DNA of 51,290 nt from positions 1 through 51,290 of the forward strand of contig JAGVZD010000001.1 in the NCBI GenBank assembly GCA_018302805.1, read 5' to 3'. This document shows, one piece after another, positions 25,323 to 33,700 of the stretch. Under the pieces are notes generated by a model that saw only the letters and a program-made list of their open reading frames with translations, was not told the origin of the DNA and did not search any database. Both the position numbers and the translations under genes were made by a program. Numbering within the stretch: position 1 is the first letter of the stretch; each line of letters begins with the position of its first letter. The stretch comes from Candidatus Woesearchaeota archaeon. Its GTDB lineage: Archaea; Nanobdellota; Nanobdellia; SCGC-AAA011-G17; JAGVZF01.

Positions 25323-25395
25323 CTTTTTGATATATTATTTTACACAAAATCATTAAATTCATAAGATTTATTAATTGCTAATATTTTATTATTTT

Positions 25396-26355
25396 ATGTC
25401 CTCAAATAACCAATTGAAATTTATCCTACCATTATTATCTATTACAGTTTTATTAATTTTTGGATCTAATTATTATCTTTATAACAAGCTTACTGATGAA
25501 TATAGTAATCAAGTAACTTCTTTAAACCAAAAAATAGATAGTCTTGAGAAGGATTTAAATGACCAAGTTGAATATGAAAAAAAATTAAGATCGGAACAAC
25601 TTAAGCAGCTTGATCAAAAAGCAAGTAATATAGAAAAAAATTTGGAATCGCAAGTAAATGATGTAAGTTCAAATATTGAAGAAGTAAGAAGCAATACAGA
25701 ACAAAATTTACAAGATATTAGTAATAAGGTTGGTGGTATAGAAAAGAAGAGTTCCTTATTAGAAAATAAACTTTCGCAAATTGAAGTTTCAAGCTCTGAT
25801 TTTTCAAGTATTATTGAAGATGTTGTTAAGACTGTTGTTAGTGTGAGAACAAATATTGGGCAAGGTAGTGGTGTAATTATAGATTCCAGAGGTTATATTG
25901 TTACAAGCGATCATGTAATTGATGGAGCTACTGAAATTAATGTAATTGATTATAGTGGAGGCAGTTACAGTGCAACTCTTGTAAGAAGGGATACTAATTT
26001 GGATTTAGCAGTACTTTTAGTTAATAGCGTTAATTCATTTTCATATTTACAATTGGAGGATGAAGGTAATATTGGTGTAGGAGATCGAGTCATTGCAGTT
26101 GGAAATCCTTTAGGATTAGCATTCAGTGTAACAGAAGGCATAATCAGTGCTGAAAATAGACATATGGATGATTCTGGAATTGGGTACTTACAAACAGATG
26201 TTTCTATTAACCCTGGTAATTCTGGGGGGCCATTAGTAAATTCAGGTAAAAAAATAGTCGGAATTGCAACTAAAAAGATTGTTAATACAGAAGGTCTAGG
26301 ATTTGCTATACCCTCCAATATTGTAAAGAATTTTGTGGCTCAATCATTACCTTAA
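25396..26355 (+). CDS. membrane-anchored trypsin-like serine protease (HtrA/DegP-like S1C, no PDZ) with a coiled-coil stalk
   Basis: Catalytic triad contexts: TSDHVIDGA (His), DLAVLLV (Asp), NPGNSGGPLVN (Ser). Also an N-terminal TM helix and a long heptad-rich region. The start is placed at ATG 25396 rather than the TTG at 25375. Confidence 0.8.
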   Translation: MSSNNQLKFILPLLSITVLLIFGSNYYLYNKLTDEYSNQVTSLNQKIDSLEKDLNDQVEYEKKLRSEQLKQLDQKASNIEKNLESQVNDVSSNIEEVRSNTEQNLQDISNKVGGIEKKSSLLENKLSQIEVSSSDFSSIIEDVVKTVVSVRTNIGQGSGVIIDSRGYIVTSDHVIDGATEINVIDYSGGSYSATLVRRDTNLDLAVLLVNSVNSFSYLQLEDEGNIGVGDRVIAVGNPLGLAFSVTEGIISAENRHMDDSGIGYLQTDVSINPGNSGGPLVNSGKKIVGIATKKIVNTEGLGFAIPSNIVKNFVAQSLP

Positions 26356-26405
26356 AATAGTCAGTAAAAGAAAGTTTTATAAAGCTTTATTTATAAAAAA
26401 AAATC

Positions 26406-26603
26406 ATGATAATCCCAATTAGGTGTTTTGGTTGCGGTACTCCAGTCGGTCACTTGTATGAAGATTACTTAGAAAGACTTAAGAATGGCCAAGAAAAAGG
26501 TAAAGCTATGACTGAATTGGGATTAAATAGATACTGTTGCAGAGCTTTATTCTTAGGACATGTAGATTTAATTGATACTGTTGCTCAATTTAAGAAATTC
26601 TAA
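26406..26603 (+). CDS. rpoN: DNA-directed RNA polymerase subunit N (Rpo10)
   Basis: MIIPIRCFGCGTPVGHLYEDY...RYCCRALFLGHVDLID is the conserved Rpo10/RPB10 zinc-bundle sequence. Confidence 0.9.
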   Translation: MIIPIRCFGCGTPVGHLYEDYLERLKNGQEKGKAMTELGLNRYCCRALFLGHVDLIDTVAQFKKF

Positions 26604-26702
26604 GAAATTTGATTAGACTAAAATTTAATTAGTAACATTTAAATAGTTTGATACTATTTTATAAAAATATTATTGTTGGGGTTGTAGTGATTTGATTTGA
26701 TC

Positions 26703-27449
26703 ATGAGGCAGAAGATTAAACAGATATTAACGAGGAAAGCCTCTGCAATTACATTTCTTTTAGGTATGGGTGGCGCAACTCTAGGAAATTCTGAAACTAT
26801 TGCGCAAGAATGTGCAAATATTCAAAACATTTGGGGAAAAGCTTACCAAGCAAATGGAATTAATACAATACCCTCAGGTCAAAGAATATATATTCAATCA
26901 ATAAATCGGGAACCTATTGATACTTTAACAACATTTACAGCTGTAGATACAACCGGATGGTATGATTTTGATATGCCTATTGGAACTCTTGGCAATGGAG
27001 AAGAAATTAGCCATGGTTCTACTTTTTTAATGATCTGGCAAAGTCCAAGTGGACCCAGAAGATTATGTACTTTAAATGGATGTGATAGTACAAGAGTTTA
27101 TTGCAATTACTTTGGAAGGAGTAATGTAAAAGATTCTGGAATTAGAGTTGGTATAGATGATATATCTTTAGAAAATCAGTTGTTAGAATTTAAAGCTAAT
27201 CCAAATCCATTTCATTCATTTACTGATATTAGTATTGAATTAGATACACGGAAAGAGATTTCCTTAGAAATTTATAATATACTTGGGGAAAGGATTTACT
27301 CTATTGATAAAGTTTTGTCTCAAGGGATTAATAACATTAGGTGGGATGGAGTTAATGCAAAGGGAGACGTAGTATCAAGTGGGATATATATTGCTAAAAT
27401 ACAACTAGATGAGGCAAAAGGAACAAAAAAATTTATTAAGTTAAGGTAG
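26703..27449 (+). CDS. secreted protein with C-terminal FlgD-Ig / T9SS type-A-sorting-like beta-sandwich domain
   Basis: The C-terminus NPNPFHSFTDISIELDTRKEISLEIYNILGERIY...NIRWDGVNAKGDVVSSGIYIAKIQL matches the bacterial Por_Secre_tail/FlgD_ig pattern. N-terminal signal-like segment present. Confidence 0.6.
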   Translation: MRQKIKQILTRKASAITFLLGMGGATLGNSETIAQECANIQNIWGKAYQANGINTIPSGQRIYIQSINREPIDTLTTFTAVDTTGWYDFDMPIGTLGNGEEISHGSTFLMIWQSPSGPRRLCTLNGCDSTRVYCNYFGRSNVKDSGIRVGIDDISLENQLLEFKANPNPFHSFTDISIELDTRKEISLEIYNILGERIYSIDKVLSQGINNIRWDGVNAKGDVVSSGIYIAKIQLDEAKGTKKFIKLR

Positions 27450-27455
27450 TATAAA

Positions 27456-29630
27456 ATGAAAGTGAATATTTTTGTGCTGTTGATTGTTTTCTTCTTATTC
27501 ATTTCCTTATTTAATATAAGTGCACAATCAGATATTGATATATTAGAAATCGGAACTGATGAATTAAATACAGAAATAAATCCAGAGAAAAATTCACCAC
27601 CTGATATTCTTGATCTACCAGTTATTGGCTTAAATAATTATTTTAATGAAGTTAAAATTAATTTAGAGGAATATGTGAAAGATGAAAATAATGATTTTAA
27701 GGAATTGAAATGGGAATTAGAAACTAGTCCAAATTTCAATCTAGAGATAACTGATAATATATTAGTGATTTCTTATGATGGAAATTTAAATCAAGTATCT
27801 GAAAATATAAAAGTTGTAGTTACTGATCCTTTTGGAGAAAGTGATTCTGAAGAATTATCATTATTGTATGTAAATATTGATGAAACTAATCCACCAATTC
27901 AAGGAATGCCAGAACAGAATCTATTTGATAATAGAGCTTATGGAGTTAGTCAGAATAGGGGTGGACAATTAACCCAGTATACATTAAATTTGAATCCAGG
28001 ATGGAATTTAATTTCACTGCCAGTTGTACCTAATACAAATATTGTTGAGGAATTACTAGAACCATTAGAGGGACATTATCTCTATGCCACTACATATGCC
28101 TATAACAGATACAGAAATGAATTTAAAATATTTCAGCCAGGTATCGGAGTTCCTCCTGAATTTAGAACATTTGATAGAGTAGATGAATCAATGGCTTTTT
28201 GGATTTTGATGTTGGATGATACTGACTTAATAGTAAATGGAAATCAAGTAATTGAAAGTGAATTTAAATTAAATAAAGGATGGAATTTAATTGGATTCCC
28301 AAGCCAAGTTGAATTAAATCTAGATGATGTCATTGTTCCAATTAATGATTTTAATTATTATTTTGAGGTAATTTATGAATATGATTCTGATAGACCTGAT
28401 CAATGGAATGACTACAATAGAAATAAACCACCTGAATTGAATACACTTCATACTTTAAAACCAGGTTATGGTTATTGGATTTACACAAACTATGCAATGA
28501 AATGGAGATATAATTTAGATACACAAAAATATGAATTTGTTGAGCTTGATAACAATGATCTATATAACTCAAAGTCATTTGTTTATGTCAAGGGCAAAAA
28601 TGTTGCTCAGGTAAATAACAATGAAATAAGATATGTGCATGGTGATTTGCTTGGTAGTACTAGAGCTATTACTGATGATAATGGTAATACAGTTTGGAGT
28701 GAAACTTACTACCCCTTTGGAGGTCAGGTAAGTGCAACTGGCTCAGATAATAGTATAAAATATACTGGTAAACAATATGATTACAGTTCTGGATTGTATT
28801 ATTACGGTAGTAGATATATGGATCCTAATCTTGGGAGATTTATCTCTACTGATAAGGCAGATGGAGATTTAAAAGTTCCACAATCTCTGAATAAATATGT
28901 TTATGCATTGAATAATCCGTATGCTTATGTAGATTCTGATGGTAATCTTCCAAGATTCTTACAGAAAGCTTGGGATTGGTACAGAAGCGAACAAATTGAA
29001 CGTCTTGAAAGAATGAGACAAAGTTATCTTGAAATGAATAAATTCATGGAAGAAAAGGGTAAACTATCTCACTCTGAAAGAGTTAGGAATGATGAAAGTA
29101 TGAATAAACAATATTTGAATTCAATTACTTTTTACCAAGGTAGTTGGAATTTGCGTGATGTTAGAATTGGGCCAACTGTTAGTGCTGGCGGTGATGCAGT
29201 ATTAGGTGGAAGTGCACGAGTAACTTATGGATTTCTAACCAAAGATATCACGGCGGGTGCTGCAGCCACATATAACCTTGGACCTGTTCAGGGAGGATTA
29301 GGAGTTGGAGTATCAATTAATTCAGATAGTTTAACTAATGGTGATATTGACAGCGAAGATTTCCAAACTCGTGAGATTTTTTTAGGTAGATTAAGGACAG
29401 ATATGGGTACAGCTTATGTTGCTCAACCAGTATCAAATAATGGTGTTTTAATTAACGGAGTTGTTGTTCCTTTATACAAAATTCCAAGAGTATGTACAAT
29501 TGGAGTTTGTGTCGATGGTGTGTGGAATGCTCCTCAAGTACAAGGTGTACATGCACCAGGAGATACTTGTGATGTTTGTGGTTTAATTGAGGGTACGGAT
29601 AATTATGCGAATCGTGAAGGTGGACAATGA
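27456..29630 (+). CDS. secreted protein carrying an RHS repeat-associated core domain and a roughly 230 aa variable C-terminal (toxin-like) region, but no YD-repeat shell
   Basis: RYVHGDLLGSTRAITDDNGNTVWSETYYPFGG...YTGKQYDYSSGLYYYGSRYMDPNLGRFISTD...NKYVYALNNPYAYVDSDG (about 28626-28946) is the RHS core signature. N-terminal signal peptide, plus repeated GWNLIS/GWNLIG and GYGYW motifs in the first 380 aa. Confidence 0.8.
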   Translation: MKVNIFVLLIVFFLFISLFNISAQSDIDILEIGTDELNTEINPEKNSPPDILDLPVIGLNNYFNEVKINLEEYVKDENNDFKELKWELETSPNFNLEITDNILVISYDGNLNQVSENIKVVVTDPFGESDSEELSLLYVNIDETNPPIQGMPEQNLFDNRAYGVSQNRGGQLTQYTLNLNPGWNLISLPVVPNTNIVEELLEPLEGHYLYATTYAYNRYRNEFKIFQPGIGVPPEFRTFDRVDESMAFWILMLDDTDLIVNGNQVIESEFKLNKGWNLIGFPSQVELNLDDVIVPINDFNYYFEVIYEYDSDRPDQWNDYNRNKPPELNTLHTLKPGYGYWIYTNYAMKWRYNLDTQKYEFVELDNNDLYNSKSFVYVKGKNVAQVNNNEIRYVHGDLLGSTRAITDDNGNTVWSETYYPFGGQVSATGSDNSIKYTGKQYDYSSGLYYYGSRYMDPNLGRFISTDKADGDLKVPQSLNKYVYALNNPYAYVDSDGNLPRFLQKAWDWYRSEQIERLERMRQSYLEMNKFMEEKGKLSHSERVRNDESMNKQYLNSITFYQGSWNLRDVRIGPTVSAGGDAVLGGSARVTYGFLTKDITAGAAATYNLGPVQGGLGVGVSINSDSLTNGDIDSEDFQTREIFLGRLRTDMGTAYVAQPVSNNGVLINGVVVPLYKIPRVCTIGVCVDGVWNAPQVQGVHAPGDTCDVCGLIEGTDNYANREGGQ

Positions 29631-30763
29631 TGAAAAAATATAAACCAGGAATAGGAATATCACTTGCAGCAGCAACACTAGCAGCTGGCACTTTAATTGG
29701 TTCATATTTAGCTTGCAGATCAAATGAAAAGGATATTTTAGCAATTCAAAACCCTAGAGCAGAAGAATTACATATTAATGGACTTAGAAATTTTCATATG
29801 GGTTTAAGTGCAAGTGGTGTTGCTGACAGTTCAAGGCTTGAATTAGCTATTTCAGATTTTGAAAAATCAATTGAATTAAATAATGATCCTAGCAAGGTTT
29901 CAACGCTTTTTGCTTTAGGTAGTGCAAATTATACAATGGGAGATTGGCAAAATACTATTGCCGCTTACTCAGCAGCTTTAACAATTAATGATTCTCTAGA
30001 TTTACATTTAGATGTAACTAAAGGTTACAATGATGAATCGCTAGAACTTGACGTGATTCGATATCAACTGGGGCATGCACAACTTCAACTTGGACAATAT
30101 GATAATGCCTTTAATACTGCCTACAGAGGCCTGGAAATATATAATAACAATGAAAACTTACAAAATTTATTAGGGATAACAGGTAAAACTCTTAGAGAAT
30201 ACTTACATAGACAAATTCTTGAAACTAGAGATCCAAATAAAATTGTTGATTTGTATAAACGATTAGCTGATATTTATATTAAGGATGGTGTACAAAATCC
30301 CTTAAGTTTATCTGAGGTTTTAAATTGTGCCCAGGAAATTGAAAAGTACAATCCTGGAAATCCTAGTGTATCAGCCATACTGGGGCAGGCTCATTTAGAA
30401 TTTGGTATATATATGTCGGGCTTAAATCAAGAATTCGATTCACCTTACCGACATTATAGAATGGCTGTTGATAATTTTAGAAACCTGTTAATTAATGATC
30501 CTAAAAATATTATTGGATATAGGGGACTTGGATCAGCACTTTATAATCTTGGTGATTATAATGCAGCCAAGGATATCTTAAAGGACGGACTTAGGCAATA
30601 TCCAGAAGATCCTGATCTTAATTATTATTATGGGAATACATTATTGAATTTAGGAAACAGAAAGTTGGGATTAAAACATTTTAAGAAGGCATGCAAAAAC
30701 GAACCAGAAGATCCTAAATTCTGCAGTAAGTATGAAGAATTAATACATGGAGGAAGAGAATGA
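29627..30763 (+). CDS. TPR-repeat lipoprotein-like protein
   Basis: Signal plus Cys (GSYLAC). Several TPR units (ALGSANYTMGDWQNTIAAYSAAL, GLGSALYNLGDYNAAKDILKDGL, YYYGNTLLNLGNRKLGLKHFKKA). ATGA overlaps on both sides. Confidence 0.75.
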   Translation: MMKKYKPGIGISLAAATLAAGTLIGSYLACRSNEKDILAIQNPRAEELHINGLRNFHMGLSASGVADSSRLELAISDFEKSIELNNDPSKVSTLFALGSANYTMGDWQNTIAAYSAALTINDSLDLHLDVTKGYNDESLELDVIRYQLGHAQLQLGQYDNAFNTAYRGLEIYNNNENLQNLLGITGKTLREYLHRQILETRDPNKIVDLYKRLADIYIKDGVQNPLSLSEVLNCAQEIEKYNPGNPSVSAILGQAHLEFGIYMSGLNQEFDSPYRHYRMAVDNFRNLLINDPKNIIGYRGLGSALYNLGDYNAAKDILKDGLRQYPEDPDLNYYYGNTLLNLGNRKLGLKHFKKACKNEPEDPKFCSKYEELIHGGRE

Positions 30764-33700
30764 ATCTGAAATTAATTCTGTTATTGTTAATTTTATTTTC
30801 TATGAATGTACACGCTAGTGAGAATCCTGAGATTACTAGCTTTAAAATTCCGGAATTAAATAATTATGTCAATTTGCATACAGGTGATTTAAATTTTGAG
30901 ATTCCTTTAGTTACAGTTCCGGGGAGGGGTGGATTAGATTATGATATTAAAATGATCTATGAATCTGGTATAAAACTTGATCAGCAAGCAAGTGAAGTTG
31001 GTTTAGGTTGGAAATTAAATAATCCTTCTATAATGAGAACTCCGATTAATGTACCTGATGATTATTGTGGTGGGTGTGTTAATGCACAAGCAAATTACTG
31101 GTTTAAGCATCCAATGAATCATCAAAGTCCTTCATATATTAATAATGTATTAAATTCTATAAATGTTCCTGGGTTATTTATGCAGATAATAACTGGAGAT
31201 GTAGTATCATTAGCTATGAGTAATGCAATTCCAACTATACTTAGTCCAACAGAAGAACAGCAAATTAGATTACCATGCGAAGATGGATGTAATCTAAATG
31301 TTAATGGTTTTAGATGGCATACTAAAAATGATAATGGGCTTGCAAAATATGTTTATGATTTAAACACGCCCGACTTATATACACTTTCAGGTGATGTGCT
31401 TTCAGGGCAGATTATATTTAGTAATCATGATGCTACAGAAGTGGGGCCAAGAATGCATCTAAAGAAATTAAAGGGTCATGCATCAGATGAACTAATAAAT
31501 ATGAATAATTGCCCTGCACCTGGAGAAGCACTTGAGAATTGTGAAGATACGGTTAGAATAGAATTTAGCACAGATGTTACTGATAAGACATTTGATCAGT
31601 TCACAATAACTGACAATGACGGTACTCAATATGTATTTGAACCAACCAAAAAGTATACAACTGTTTTTCTAGATGATTATGTAAAGAGGAGCAGGAAAAG
31701 ATTATCGCCTGGACCATTTTGCGATTATTACACAAGTCCAGAAAAATGGAGTACTGTAAAATTACTTCAGTCTTTTGCGTACGAATTTGGAATTACTGAA
31801 ATTTTGGGACCGGATTATGTTGATGATAGTGTTCCTGGCATCTCATCAGGTGATAGTGGAAACTGGATAAAATTTAGTTATAGACATTGGAATGGACTTT
31901 ATGAGAAGGGTACTCCTCATGATGGTGGATGCATGGAAGGACCAGATGGATCTCAAACCATGACTAGAGAAAACAATGACTTAAATTATGTTGACAAAAT
32001 AGAGACACCAACACACTTTGCAAAATTCAATTATGAATATGACAGGACTGATGCTAAAAATGATATGATTCCACCACCTTCAGGTACAGGTTATGTTCCA
32101 AGATTAAGTAGTATTGAATTATTCAGCAAGAGTCAGCCCACAGTTGTAATCCAACGAATTGTACTTACTCAAGATTATACACTTGCCGAAGGCTCACCGG
32201 ATGCAGAAGAAGGGAAATTAACTTTAAAACGAATTCAAAGATTTGGGTTAAATGGATTAGAGTCAGACCCATATATGCAATTTGTTTACTCATTTAATGA
32301 CCTTTGGGAAAAATATGATTTTGATAGATGGGGTTATTATTTTAGAGAAGGAAATCAGTTAGATCATAATCAGGAAGGAGCAGAAAATTATGTCTGGAAC
32401 AATGCTTGGGCATTAACTGGAATACGTTGGCAAAACGGAGGGGTTACATGGATTGATTATGAAACTGACAGATATAATAGAGTTGCTAAATCTTATCCGG
32501 ACGCAAATGCAAACATAGAGCGAGATGATGCTCATTTTGGGGGAGGCATAAGAGTAAATAAAATCCAGAATTGTGATGGTTTAGGTGAATGTAGTTATAC
32601 AAAATATTTATATCAAATTACTGATTTTGATGGCGCAGATATTTCTGAAGAGTCAGGAGTTGGTTTACCTGGAGTTCCAGGTGAAACTAGTGGTGTTGCA
32701 GTACTTGAACCCGGCAATTTTGAAGAATGGAATGATTTAGTTTATCCAGGTTACGCTGGAAATTCTCCTTATGTAGGCTACAGAAAAGTGACAGTAATTC
32801 CTGGTTATCAAACAAGTGGAGATCCTGCACCATATGGTTGGACAACCTATGAATTTACATCTGCAATTGATTACCCTAATGGGGGGAAGTATATACCTGC
32901 AACCAGAAAGGAAGTTAGTGGTTGGAAATATGGTTTTAATTCTGAGGATGCAGGACTAGCAAATTGTGTTCAAATGATTGCTGGACCTACAAATCACGAA
33001 ATGCGTATATATAGTATACCTCAAGGAAATTTAGTTAAGACTTTTACTTTGAATAAAAATTGTAATTTATGGGATTCTAGTTTAATGTGTAACACTTTTC
33101 AATCTGATTTTGCCCGAGGAAATTATAAAATTGTGGACGCAACTGTTAATGTACAACAGGCAATATTTAGCACAGCATTAGTAGAGCCAGCTGAAGCACA
33201 TCGATGTCTTCCAGACAAAAATAATAATGATGAATGGGACTATTTGGACTTACCTGTGGCAGATAGAGTTAGCGGAATTAACGATAATGATCACTATAGA
33301 GGATTGATTAAAAAGATTATATCTTATAATAGCTTAGGTCAATTAATTAAACAAACTGATAATGAATATAGTTTTGATGAGCAAACGAACTTTGGTGGAT
33401 TTAGCAAAAGTATTTGGGCAAAATTGGAAACAGTAACAGAACAATTGGATGGTGTTACCAAAGTTATTGAGTATCAATATGATAATTTAAATGGGCTGCC
33501 AAGTAGAGTAGTAGAAAATGGAAATGATGGCAATAAAAGAATTAGTACAAATAATTATGCATTTAGAATTCACTCAAGTATGCTAAAGGATGAACATATG
33601 TGGAGTCAGCTTGGAGAATTAAGGGTGTATGACACTGATGATAGTGTACCCGAGAATTTAGTGAAACAAGAAAGATATGTTTATGGTAGGGGTACAATAG

